Shown piece by piece: positions 41,152-50,696 of a stretch of 64,000 nucleotides of DNA. The notes below the pieces were generated by a model. That model saw nothing but the letters and a program-made list of their open reading frames with translations. It had not been told where the DNA came from and did no database searches. Origin of the DNA: Promethearchaeota archaeon (GTDB lineage: Archaea > Asgardarchaeota > Lokiarchaeia > Sigyniarchaeales > SOKP01); assembly GCA_029838195.1 (NCBI GenBank), contig JALGVJ010000005.1, positions 1-64,000 on the forward strand. The letters run 5' to 3'. The translations under genes were made by a program, and so were the position numbers. How positions within the stretch are numbered: the stretch's first letter is position 1; each line of letters opens with the position of its first letter.

Positions 41152-42564
41152 TTAAGGTTGTTCTAATTTTTTTTGCTTCTCCGCATGTAATTCTGTTAGC
41201 TTTCTCCTGTTCTCCATTAATCGTTCTCCGTGTATCGGATAGAAATACATGCCAATAGCAGATATTATTAAAACGATTGCCGGATAAATGCCCATTAAAA
41301 TGCGGAGCGCAAAAACAGTGTCTACACCGGGGTTAGGGACGTATGTTTGCCAGTCTGCTGAAGAAAATACTATTCCAATTATTACAAAATTGATCATGGA
41401 ACTTAACCGGATTAGAAAATTAATCACTGCATAATAGGCTCCCGATCTTCTGGTTCCATGAGTAATTTCATCCTCATCAATGATCTCCGCAATGCATTGG
41501 TCGTAAAAATAAAGCCCTCCGCCTAGACCAACTCCCTCGAAAAAAGATACAACGAATGCCATTACAGGATTCGTGGAAAACGCAAAAATCATTATAGGAA
41601 TTAACCAAAAAATGATCCCAACTAATCCGGACATTCGTGCGCCCCATTTAACTCGAATTTTCTCCCAGAGAGGAGTTGAAGCAGCAGCCATGAGAAACAT
41701 TATCAAGAGGATGATACCAATTAAATCTGCATCGTCAATTCCAATAGCGTAAGTCATATGAAGGGGAGCCAAAGTCGGAAGAATTCCGATAACCATCCAC
41801 GTCCCAAGGGCGGGAAAAAGGAACCATAAGAATGCTTTGTTCTGAAGGTTTTTTTTAAAGGTGGTAAAGAAGCCCATAGCAGTTTCTGCATCCTTTGAAA
41901 AGACTTTGGGTTCTTTACAGCCCCATTTCAAGATAATGAAATACGCCACGAAAATAATAATGGCTGCAATGAGGCCCACAATCTGGAATTGAGTCAAGGT
42001 TTCTGGTCTATTATATCGATTGGTAATGTCTTCGATAATGAAGGAAGGAAAAAGGTAAGCAAAGATGGTTCCTAACATGACAAAAGAGATGCGTATTTTT
42101 CCGGTAGAGCTTCGGTCCCTCATGTCCACGAACATTTCGGAAAATAAAGCGTTGTAATTCAAATTGAATGCCGTGTAGATCGTGTCAAAAAGAATGAGAA
42201 CGATGAGAAAATAAGCGAAGTTTAATACATCAGAATTTGCATCTATAGGTGGAGTAAATAGTAAAATCATTAAAATTCCCAGAGGTATGGTTGCGGCTGC
42301 CATCCACGGCACTCTTCGGCCCCATCGGGTTTTCGTTTTATCAGAGAGCCAACCGGTAATTGGATCATTAAATGCATTCCATAAGCTCCATAATATAAAG
42401 CCTGTACTAATCCAAAGTACCGGAAGTTTTACTACTGTAAAATAAAACGTGAAAATTAAAAAGTTAAAAATATTCAATGCTGTGTTATCTCCGACCTCTC
42501 CAATGGCGAACGCGATCCGGGTACCTGTAGAAACTTTTTGAATGGTGGTTGTTGTTTCACTCAT
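41152..42564 (-). CDS. MFS transporter, GPH (MelB-like) family
   Basis: About 12 TM; WNAFNDP..G..SD.T.TRWGRR.PW; DEDE..HG.RR.G.YY. Confidence 0.9.
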   Translation of the reverse strand: MSETTTTIQKVSTGTRIAFAIGEVGDNTALNIFNFLIFTFYFTVVKLPVLWISTGFILWSLWNAFNDPITGWLSDKTKTRWGRRVPWMAAATIPLGILMILLFTPPIDANSDVLNFAYFLIVLILFDTIYTAFNLNYNALFSEMFVDMRDRSSTGKIRISFVMLGTIFAYLFPSFIIEDITNRYNRPETLTQFQIVGLIAAIIIFVAYFIILKWGCKEPKVFSKDAETAMGFFTTFKKNLQNKAFLWFLFPALGTWMVIGILPTLAPLHMTYAIGIDDADLIGIILLIMFLMAAASTPLWEKIRVKWGARMSGLVGIIFWLIPIMIFAFSTNPVMAFVVSFFEGVGLGGGLYFYDQCIAEIIDEDEITHGTRRSGAYYAVINFLIRLSSMINFVIIGIVFSSADWQTYVPNPGVDTVFALRILMGIYPAIVLIISAIGMYFYPIHGERLMENRRKLTELHAEKQKKLEQP

Positions 42565-42743
42565 TTTTATCCCTTTTAATTTAATTTTAACATATTAAAC
42601 TTAATAAAACACTTTTTTATGAAATAATTTATGTTGTTTAAAATTATTGTTTTTGACATATAAATAGATTTTCATCATATTAATTGAGTCTTATACTTTA
42701 AAGAAAAAGTCTTGAATTGAAGAAAAATAAAAGGTATTAAAGC

Positions 42744-43805
42744 ATGATTCAAAAAATAAATGTAGGCTTAATAGGATTGGGACGGATCGGTAAAGTACAT
42801 GCCCAAAATCTCACTCGGGAATTTCCAGACGTTCTCTTGAAAGCCATTGCAGAGATTAAAATTGATGAGACCATTAAAGAGTTCATTGGCACTTTAGGAA
42901 TGGTTCGGCAAGATCTCACGCAAGATCCGCAAGAAATATTCGACGACCCTAAAATTAATGCCGTCATCATCACATCATCCACGGACACGCATTCTCGGTT
43001 CATTCAAGAAGCTGTAAAAAATAACAAACATGTATTTTGTGAAAAACCCCTTGATGTAGATATTCCTCGAATTGTAGATACGTTAAAAGTAGTGAAGCAA
43101 TCGGGCATGAAACTAATGATTGGATTTAACCGAAGGTTCGATCCTAATTTTAGAAAGCTCCATGAGCTCGTGGGAAAGGGCCAGATTGGAACTCCGCACT
43201 TGATAAAAATTACTTCTCGCGATCCAACACCTCCGCCCATTGAATATATCAAGGTATCGGGAGGATTATTCATGGACATGACCATCCATGATTGGGACAT
43301 GGCTCGATTTCAAGCTAACTCGGAGATTGAAGAAGTATACGCTAAAGGCGGCGTTTTAATAGATCCTGAAATCGGAAAGGCAGGAGATATTGATACGGCG
43401 GTGGCCGTTTTAAAATTTGTAAATGGCGCCATGGGAATTATTGATAATTCTCGCCAAGCCATCTATGGATATGACCAACGTTTAGAGGTGTTTGGTTCTA
43501 ATGGGTGCTTGATGGCAGAAAATGAAGCTAACACCACCCTTCGCACCTTTACAAAAGAAGGAATTCGCAGCGATGCGATACCTTATTTTTTTCTCGAACG
43601 CTACACGAGATCATATGTAAATGAATTACGATATTTCTTTAATTGCATTAAAAAAAATGAGGATCCCAAGCCTAATGGCATGGATGGGTTGGTAGCAATC
43701 CTCATTGCTCGAGCAGCTCAACGATCTTATGAAGAAAATCGTCCCGTGAAAATCTCCGAAATTGCCTCAGAATATTATATTGATAATTTTTCGAATTTTT
43801 CTTGA
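42744..43805 (+). CDS. iolG: Inositol 2-dehydrogenase (Gfo/Idh/MocA)
   Basis: GLGRIG..H, CEKP, GFNRRFD, SRDP, SGG.F.DM.IHD.D, YGYDQR.E.FG. Confidence 0.9.
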   Translation: MIQKINVGLIGLGRIGKVHAQNLTREFPDVLLKAIAEIKIDETIKEFIGTLGMVRQDLTQDPQEIFDDPKINAVIITSSTDTHSRFIQEAVKNNKHVFCEKPLDVDIPRIVDTLKVVKQSGMKLMIGFNRRFDPNFRKLHELVGKGQIGTPHLIKITSRDPTPPPIEYIKVSGGLFMDMTIHDWDMARFQANSEIEEVYAKGGVLIDPEIGKAGDIDTAVAVLKFVNGAMGIIDNSRQAIYGYDQRLEVFGSNGCLMAENEANTTLRTFTKEGIRSDAIPYFFLERYTRSYVNELRYFFNCIKKNEDPKPNGMDGLVAILIARAAQRSYEENRPVKISEIASEYYIDNFSNFS

Positions 43806-44013
43806 ATTCTTTTAATTTTTAAATTCTTTCTTTTCTTCATCTTTTAATTTTTTTCGTGAACTTTTTTTAGAGTTGTTTCGTGAATAAATGAAAACTAAGG
43901 ATATTAACGGAAAAAATTGTCGTGAATTCCTTTTAAATAAGTAAAAAGATAAATGAGGAGGGAAAAAATAGTTAGGTGTTAATAAGAAATATTTATTGGA
44001 GTAGGGAAAAGAA

Positions 44014-44171
44014 TGCCAAGGGGGGGAATTTCAAAAAACCCCGCAGGAGAGATTTTTTTTTGAACCCCCGATACCCAGATCACTGAAAGCATCATTTAAT
44101 AGAGTTTCTTCAGTCTGGTGCGTTCCCGGGTTGCGCAAATGTCTGGTAGACATTTCCTACGCCACCTTGGC
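44014..44171 (-). tRNA. tRNA-Phe(GAA) with three BHB introns (15/16: 44131-44156; 37/38: 44081-44107; 59/60: 44028-44058)
   Basis: Removing 26+27+31 nt gives the 74-nt GCCAAGGTGGCGTAGCCCGGGAACGCACCAGACTGAAGATCTGGGTATCGGGGGTTCAAATCCCCCCCTTGGCA; central helices GCGT/GCGC, CTGA/TCAG and TTCA/TGAA, each with 3-nt bulges. Confidence 0.92.
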
Positions 44172-44406
44172 ATGTTTTTCTTACGGGTGCTCCTCCAATT
44201 ACACTTTAACATTTTTTAATAAATACAAGTTAAAGAATTAGTAATCTCATATAAATTTTTTTCTTAGAGTTGTAAAAAAAGAGGAATGGATGGAGAATAA
44301 AGTCAACATTAATATACTCGTGTTATTCCATAAAGGATAGGTTAGATAGAGGTTAGTATAATTTTAGATCAAGAGAGTCTTTTAAGGGAGTTAGGGTATA
44401 ATTTTA

Positions 44407-44793
44407 TTGGCTCACGGCACATTTCTACTCATTGTTTTTTTAGGCTTTTTGATCAGAACCTTATTAAAATATCGATTAATTGGGTTTGGAAGGTGTGAAC
44501 TGTTATTGAAGCTGACTTACATTTTTTTCTTATTGGCACCCATACTGTTCCTGCATCATGTTAATTTAGCGAGTTTTTCGGAGATTATTGATTTAAGATG
44601 GATTATACATTTGATGATGATGCCATTGATTCCGATCGCAAGCGTCTTTTTTTTATCTTCTATTGAAAATTCTCCCATATTTTTACTAATTTGCTTGCCG
44701 TGCGTATTTCCTGGTGCTTTTATTTTTCTTTTTCAATTTCGGTTATGGAAACCTTCATTATTATCTATCAGAAAAGCAATTTTACTTCCATGA
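44407..44793 (+). CDS. Putative small membrane protein (may be degenerate)
   Basis: Very hydrophobic 128-aa ORF with a TTG start; no family motif; an overlapping ORF at 44691-44963 may be a frameshifted continuation. Confidence 0.4.
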   Translation: MAHGTFLLIVFLGFLIRTLLKYRLIGFGRCELLLKLTYIFFLLAPILFLHHVNLASFSEIIDLRWIIHLMMMPLIPIASVFFLSSIENSPIFLLICLPCVFPGAFIFLFQFRLWKPSLLSIRKAILLP

Positions 44794-45135
44794 ATATCTT
44801 TTTAAATGAACTCTTGAACGTAATAGAAGAGGTATTTCTGTTATTAAAAAGCGCGGAAAAACAATTATTTTTTATCCTAAAAAAATTTAATGGGAGTGGC
44901 ATTTTGCAAGGAAAAATTGAATATGATAAAAATTATTTTAAAAGAGACTGTACACAAATTTGAACTGCTTTATGGCCCCATTCTTAAAGATTGGGATGGA
45001 GATCTCTCGATTTTTGAATCCGTAGGACAAATGATAAAAGAGGTAATTCAAAGGTAAAGAATCTTTTTTTTCTTTAACCTTATTTTGAATTATTTACGTT
45101 CATACGGGAATTTTTAGCTTAAATTTTTGAAATGT

Positions 45136-45720
45136 TCATTGAGACGGTTTAGGATGAACTTGCATAATAGTTATTAAATTTATTAATTTCGTAAAATTTG
45201 CCGTGTCAATTGAATCTTTTTTAGGATTCCAGCCAAAAAGCATTTTCGCTGCTTTTGGATGTTTAGTAACATACCATTTAATAATTTCAAGCTTTTGAGA
45301 CTCCTTAGTAATGAACTCAACCTGAGCTGGAAAATGATGAAAACCATGTCTCACCCATACTGCATCCGGGTTGGCGCGTATATTTTTTACCCAATCAGAT
45401 TCTTCCCCCCTGGCCGAAAAAATGGTAATAACCCCATTAATCCAATGATATTCCAAAGGTGTTTTTCTTGTTATTCCCGATTTTCTTCCTTTCGAATATA
45501 GAATGAGAAAAATTCTTCCTAAACCAAAAATAGGAAAAATGCCGAGTCGATATAAGGGTAAGGTCAGATATTTATTTAATCTTTTCCATCTTTTTAATTT
45601 TTTCATCCTAATTTCTTTATTATCATGAAAAAAATCATGAAGAACCGAACCAGGCCGGGGAAATTCTCTTTCTTCCCCTATTTTTTTTTCTTGGGCCATA
45701 TATAATCCGCTTCTAACCAA
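45136..45720 (-). CDS. Deazaflavin (F420)-dependent nitroreductase family protein
   Basis: L.L.S.GRKSG..RKTPL, G..SDWVKNIRANP. Confidence 0.88.
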   Translation of the reverse strand: MVRSGLYMAQEKKIGEEREFPRPGSVLHDFFHDNKEIRMKKLKRWKRLNKYLTLPLYRLGIFPIFGLGRIFLILYSKGRKSGITRKTPLEYHWINGVITIFSARGEESDWVKNIRANPDAVWVRHGFHHFPAQVEFITKESQKLEIIKWYVTKHPKAAKMLFGWNPKKDSIDTANFTKLINLITIMQVHPKPSQ

Positions 45721-45813
45721 GTAATTTAAATTTTTATTTGGATAATTAATAAAGGTATAATCCTTAAGAATATAAAAATTCTTTTAAAGAGAAGGTGAAT
45801 GTCGAAAATTATA

Positions 45814-46170
45814 TTATTGTACTAAAAAATATTTCATAAAATTATCATAAATAAGAGTCAGTGTTTCCGCAGTAAATTATTTCTTACATCGAGCCAAGAG
45901 AAAATTTCCTAATAGTTTCGCCTCATGAATATCTGATAAAACCAGAGCTTTAAAAATTTCAATCGCATCTTTATAAGAAGCATTCTGAATAGATTGAATT
46001 TCTCTCATAATTCTTTTAATTTTCGAGATTTTGTGACCATATTGCCTGAAATTGGGATTGGAAGAATTTAAAATTTTTTTCCATCGTAATGATTCTTCTT
46101 GGGATAACTCGGGAGAACTCGCTATTAAAGAAGTCCTTAATACGCTAATAATATTATCTACTCGGCTTAT
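45814..46170 (-). pseudogene. Truncated AlkD-like DNA alkylation repair protein remnant
   Basis: Frame from the ATA at 46170 (overlapping the upstream stop): SRVDNIIS...NFRQYGHKISKIKRIMREI...LVLSDIHEAKLLGNFLLARCKK, TAA at 45877-45879, then 20 more codons; absent from the ORF track. Confidence 0.5.
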
Positions 46171-47303
46171 AGAAATCTTTCCAAACCTTTTTTCGCTTTC
46201 AGTTCTTTACTCCGTTCCAAATAGGGTTCCACGAACTTAATGATATTATTATTAAAATTAGGTAATTTTGCTAATTCTCCCCTTTTATATACATCCAAGA
46301 TGGATTCTCCTAAATTATTCAAATGCAATCCTGCCCATTTCATAGCATTATCGGGCTTTCCCCTTAATGATTTCATGTACTCGTGATTTAATAATATTTC
46401 TGAAAGTTTATAATTCCACTTGCGAAAATCCCTTGGAATCCATCGTTTAATCCGGATCGGCACGTGATATTTCTCACAAATACCTAAAAGCTTCGAATGA
46501 ATCTTGTTCATATAACTCCTGGATGGATAATACTTTCCACGATATAATGAAAGTAATGGCTTAATAATTCCTTGATACTTACTATTTTCTAATTTTTTTA
46601 TAAAAAATTCAGCTTGCACATCCCGTAAGGTTAATCCCGGTGAAAATAAAACAAAATCTGCACCTGCTTTTTTAGATTCCTTGATAACCGCAGTTAAATT
46701 CTCATCATCATCCTCTAAATAAGGAATGATAGGCATAAAAAAAGTTCCAACAAGTACATTACTCGTTTTATTTTTAATCTCCCTAATTGCCTCTAACCGC
46801 TCATGAGGAGGACTCGAATGGGGCTCTAAAAAACTTGCTAAATCCTCATCCGTCGTCGTGATCGAAAAACCTACCGCACACCACGCATGTTTCCCTATCC
46901 TTTCTAATAGATCAGTATCTCTTACAATTAACCTTGATTTTGTCGCAATATTAAGGGGATAGCCGTACCGTTCTATTACCTTTAAAATTTTTCTCGTGTT
47001 TTCTACCTTCTCCTCTATTGGTTGGTAGGCGTCATTCACTCCACCCGCTCCTATAACGTCTGGTAATAATGTGCGCGCTCGTTTGAGACGTAATTCCAAT
47101 TTTTTATCAATATCAGCCTTAATAATCACTTCATTTTCAAAATCTTGCTCTAAATAATACCGCTGGCTTCTCGCATCGCAATAAATACACGCATGCTCGC
47201 AGCCAGAATATGGATTAATCGTATATCTTATCCAAAACCAAGAATCCGGATATTTCAGTTTATTTATCGCTGTCTTGAATTCCCGCGTGATAAATTTTAC
47301 CAC
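46167..47303 (-). CDS. Radical SAM protein, SplB-like DNA repair family
   Basis: INPYSGCEHACIYC, DAYQP.E, I.TKS.LI.RD, SITT...LEP. Confidence 0.88.
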   Translation of the reverse strand: MVKFITREFKTAINKLKYPDSWFWIRYTINPYSGCEHACIYCDARSQRYYLEQDFENEVIIKADIDKKLELRLKRARTLLPDVIGAGGVNDAYQPIEEKVENTRKILKVIERYGYPLNIATKSRLIVRDTDLLERIGKHAWCAVGFSITTTDEDLASFLEPHSSPPHERLEAIREIKNKTSNVLVGTFFMPIIPYLEDDDENLTAVIKESKKAGADFVLFSPGLTLRDVQAEFFIKKLENSKYQGIIKPLLSLYRGKYYPSRSYMNKIHSKLLGICEKYHVPIRIKRWIPRDFRKWNYKLSEILLNHEYMKSLRGKPDNAMKWAGLHLNNLGESILDVYKRGELAKLPNFNNNIIKFVEPYLERSKELKAKKGLERFL

Positions 47304-47437
47304 GAATTCTATAATGATTGCTAATTTAATAAATATACTATATTTTCAAAAAATAAGTCTACTCATTATATCCATTTCTCAATTTCCTAAAGAGAATACA
47401 ATAAAGAAATGAGGAAATTTATAATAATAAGAATAAA

Positions 47438-47528
47438 TGCGCCCACCGGGATTTGAACCCGGGTCGACGGCTTTCTTCGGAGATGAAATCCGTGGAAGGC
47501 CGCAATCCTACCACTAGACTATGAGCGC
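47438..47528 (-). tRNA. tRNA-Gly(UCC) with a canonical 20-nt intron (47473-47492)
   Basis: GCGCTCA...GCGGC CTTCCA^CGGATTTCATCTCCGAAGAA^A GCCGT...GGTTCAAATCC; BHB CTTC/GAAG. Confidence 0.95.
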
Positions 47529-47672
47529 AAGTGTTATTTCGGGTTTTTCTTGAAATGTGTGAAGGAATTTATTTGCAATTGACCGATACAAATCATTTTA
47601 AGAATGATCGAATAATCATTATTATGATCTATAACACGACATTTAATTTTAATTTTGGGAATTTGAGAAGTC

Positions 47673-48347
47673 TTAATAGATATTGTGGAAGATCTCATAG
47701 CTGGCGATAATCTTATTGACAACAGCCCAAGCATCTAATGAATAATTGGAAATGCTTATGAGATTGGGCGTGAGATTCAAGATTTCTGGGGAAAAAGTTC
47801 TTTTTTGAAAGGCTCCTATAATGATCACGTGATTGATTTGGGGGTTGGGAGTGAATAAGGTGGAGAGATCTTTAATTAAGGTACCATGTTTCGTGCAGGT
47901 CATGACGTGAGCGTTTTTGATGGAAGCGAGAAGAGATTTGAGGGAACCTTTTAATGGTGCTATTAAGGGGGAGTTATTAACTTGAATTTTTCCATCGATT
48001 AGGAGTTTTGCAATTAATCCTTTGAAGCGATTATAATTACGGGCGATTCGGATATGGGGATTAAACTCAAAAATTTTATTTTTAATGGTATGGACGATAA
48101 TTCTCAGATTTCCTGATTTATTGAGGGGGGAACTCAAGGCGTTGAGTAAGCAAACGTGGAGGATATCAGGTCTACCGCGTTTTTCTTTATTTTGAAGATT
48201 TTCCATGGCATGATGATGGAGGGCATTATCTAAGAGTTGAGATGCATAGTTTTTGGTTCGCACGAGGTGTTTAATTTTTGGGTTTGCCCGCAATTCCTTT
48301 GGGATGAGTTCTATTCCGCATTCTGCGAGGATTAGAGTTATGGGCAT
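47673..48347 (-). CDS. nep1: 16S rRNA pseudouridine methyltransferase Nep1/Emg1
   Basis: LLD...HH..M..L....KRGRPDILH..LL....SPLN, RI.RNY.RF.GL. Confidence 0.93.
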   Translation of the reverse strand: MPITLILAECGIELIPKELRANPKIKHLVRTKNYASQLLDNALHHHAMENLQNKEKRGRPDILHVCLLNALSSPLNKSGNLRIIVHTIKNKIFEFNPHIRIARNYNRFKGLIAKLLIDGKIQVNNSPLIAPLKGSLKSLLASIKNAHVMTCTKHGTLIKDLSTLFTPNPQINHVIIIGAFQKRTFSPEILNLTPNLISISNYSLDAWAVVNKIIASYEIFHNIY

Positions 48348-48371
48348 GAAATCATCACGTGGACGTGAATT

Positions 48372-48755
48372 TTAATTTCTTGAATTGTTATTATTAGTTT
48401 GATTAATAGAAGAGGATCTCATTTTTTTCTTGCTTCGTCTAGTTTTGATATAATATCGAGTGGTGTTATTGCATTCCAGACATGTGAGAGAGATATGAGA
48501 GCCTTTTCCATGTCGGGATTGAATCCGACATCGGCAATTAATGCCGGGGTAAAGGAACCGCTTACATGTATTACAGAGGCGATATTTCCATTGATTCGGA
48601 AGGGAGAGTTTAGCTCTCTGGGCATAAATTTTTGCTAATTGGGCATAGCGATTGGCTAATTCCTTATTTTCGGGAAAGATTATATGGGCTTGATTAAATA
48701 GATAATTCATGCGGATTATTGCTATTTTTTTTAATAGTGTTTTATTTTTTGCCAT
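48372..48755 (-). CDS. rnp4: RNase P protein Rpp21
   Basis: IA..RM..LF..A...LA.RY, CNTC...PG.N...CLEC. Confidence 0.92.
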   Translation of the reverse strand: MAKNKTLLKKIAIIRMNYLFNQAHIIFPENKELANRYAQLAKIYAQRAKLSLPNQWKYRLCNTCKRFLYPGINCRCRIQSRHGKGSHISLTCLECNNTTRYYIKTRRSKKKMRSSSINQTNNNNSRN

Positions 48756-48791
48756 AGGAATTAATAAATGGTAAAGGTTTCAAAACAGGGT

Positions 48792-49055
48792 TCAAGAAGC
48801 GTGTTTAGAAAGAATGAGGGAACGCCCTCTCATATCTATCAGGTGAGATTGGGTTCGTTGCGAGATTTCTTTTCCCAATTCTTTCAAGGGTGTTTCTTTG
48901 GTGATGCTTTTAAGGGCTTTCACTTTAATGATTTTATTTTTTTTGAATAACGTGTTTAGATGGGCGACGAATTCATCAGTAATGCCGTTTTTTCCGATAA
49001 TTAATTTGGGTTTGGATAACAGTACTTTCTTGAAATCTTCTTTTTTAAAAACCAT
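48792..49055 (-). CDS. YhbY/CRM RNA-binding protein
   Basis: KP.LIIGKNGIT...IKVK...RG.SLIL. Confidence 0.9.
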   Translation of the reverse strand: MVFKKEDFKKVLLSKPKLIIGKNGITDEFVAHLNTLFKKNKIIKVKALKSITKETPLKELGKEISQRTQSHLIDMRGRSLILSKHAS

Positions 49056-49130
49056 GTTTTCTATCCAAAAAATTATTATTAGATAATAAATATAATTATT
49101 TAAAAGTTTAATTAGTATTGAGTCAGATAC

Positions 49131-49562
49131 ATGTCAATCTACCGAGTAGAACCTAGCGAACTCATAAAAACGCTTGCGGAAAAATTGAAGGAATTTTCAG
49201 ACATTATACATCCACCGGAAGGCAGTGAATTTTGGAAGACAGCTGCATATAAGGAATTAGCGCCGGAGGACTCAGAAAACTTCTGGTATATTCGGTGTGC
49301 GTCACTCTTGCGGAAAGTCCGGAAATTTGGTCCTATAGGAATTAATAGATTGAGAAAACATTATTCGGGGCGATCCCGAAAGAAATCAGGAAAACGGCAT
49401 AGCGTGAAAGGATCGGGAAAAATCATACGGGTAGCACTACAACAGCTTGAAAAGGCCAACTTGATAACTACGGTGGAGAAAAAGGGTAGAGTAGTTTCTC
49501 CTGAAGGAATAAGTCTCATTGAGCGAACCGCTTATTCTATTATAAGAAATAAAAAATCTTAA
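49131..49562 (+). CDS. rps19e: 30S ribosomal protein S19e
   Basis: KT...KE..P....WYIRCASLLRK, GSGKIIR..LQQLE. Confidence 0.96.
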   Translation: MSIYRVEPSELIKTLAEKLKEFSDIIHPPEGSEFWKTAAYKELAPEDSENFWYIRCASLLRKVRKFGPIGINRLRKHYSGRSRKKSGKRHSVKGSGKIIRVALQQLEKANLITTVEKKGRVVSPEGISLIERTAYSIIRNKKS

Positions 49563-49594
49563 AAATTTTGAATTGCTTGTTAGAGTGAGGAAAA

Positions 49595-49942
49595 TTGAGC
49601 GAGCAAGATGATTTGGAGGAAATTAGGAGAAGAAAGCTCGAGCAAATGAAACAACAGGCCATGCAACAGCAAATCGCCGAACAGCAAAGAAAGGCGTATG
49701 AACAGCAGAAATATCAGATAATGCGGCTCATTCTCAGTCCTGAAGCACGTCAACGATTAGAGAACATCCGCATGGTAAGGGCGGATTTTGCAGAACAGAT
49801 TGAATTGCAATTAATTCAACTCTATAGTGCCGGCAGGTTACGAGGGAAGACACCGTTGCCGGACAGTGCTTTTAAAAAATTATTGGAGCAACTTGCCCAA
49901 CAATCTAACAAGAAAAAAGATTTTAAAATCAAGAAATTTTAG
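49595..49942 (+). CDS. PDCD5-like DNA-binding protein
   Basis: LEEIRRRKL, IL.PEAR.RL..IR.V...FA..IE.QLIQL; conserved position after rps19e. Confidence 0.92.
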   Translation: MSEQDDLEEIRRRKLEQMKQQAMQQQIAEQQRKAYEQQKYQIMRLILSPEARQRLENIRMVRADFAEQIELQLIQLYSAGRLRGKTPLPDSAFKKLLEQLAQQSNKKKDFKIKKF

Positions 49943-49974
49943 AATAGAAAAATTGAATACACATCTTAATTAAA

Positions 49975-50136
49975 ATGGCGAGAAACAAGGATTTAGCATC
50001 CAAGCTTCGGCGGGGTAAAAAATTAAAAGAAAGCCGTACAATTCCTCGATGGGTCATTTTGCGCACGAAAGGAAAAGTACGGGAAAGTCCCTATACGAGA
50101 AGGGGATGGAGAAATACCCGATTAAAGAAGGATTAA
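49975..50136 (+). CDS. rpl39e: 50S ribosomal protein L39e (below the ORF-track size cut-off)
   Basis: MARNKDLASKLRRGKKLKESRTIPRWVILRTKGKVRESPYTRRGWRNTRLKKD; conserved position before rpl31e. Confidence 0.93.
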   Translation: MARNKDLASKLRRGKKLKESRTIPRWVILRTKGKVRESPYTRRGWRNTRLKKD

Positions 50137-50165
50137 TTTTAAAATATTATAAGGGGTAATTTACC

Positions 50166-50642
50166 ATGGCAAAGAAAAAGAGAGAGATTAGTCTTGACGA
50201 TTTGGAAGAGGAATTAGCAGAGAAAGAGGAAAAAGAAGCAGATATCGAGGAGGAAGAAGAGGAGGAAGAAATTGAAGAAATAGAAGAATTCAGCCTCGAT
50301 GAGATAACAGAAGAAGAGCAGATTGAAGAGTTATTTGAAGAAGAGGTTGAAGGCCTTGAAGAAGTTGAGGAGAAAGTAGCTCCTGAAGAGGAGATTATAG
50401 ATGAGCGGATATACATGATCCCCTTAGCAAGAGCAAGAAAAGGGCCCAGAAATAAATGGGCAAAAAAGGCAATACGATATCTCCGAGAATATGTTCAAAG
50501 GCATTTCAAGCCCGAATCATTAATAATTTCCCAAGAAGTAAATGAAAAAATATGGGCGCGAGGAATTAAAAAGCCCCCCCGTAAGATCAAAGTGAGAGTT
50601 ACAAAAAATTCAGATAACCTTGTCGTAATTTATCTTGCGTAA
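50166..50642 (+). CDS. rpl31e: 50S ribosomal protein L31e with an acidic N-terminal extension
   Basis: ERIY.IPL...PR...A.KAI..LRE...RH...N..IW.RGIK.PPRKI.V. Confidence 0.93.
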   Translation: MAKKKREISLDDLEEELAEKEEKEADIEEEEEEEEIEEIEEFSLDEITEEEQIEELFEEEVEGLEEVEEKVAPEEEIIDERIYMIPLARARKGPRNKWAKKAIRYLREYVQRHFKPESLIISQEVNEKIWARGIKKPPRKIKVRVTKNSDNLVVIYLA

Positions 50643-50696
50643 TTCTTGTTTGCTTGGTAGTAATAATAGAGTACAATTGCACGGCACGATACCGGA

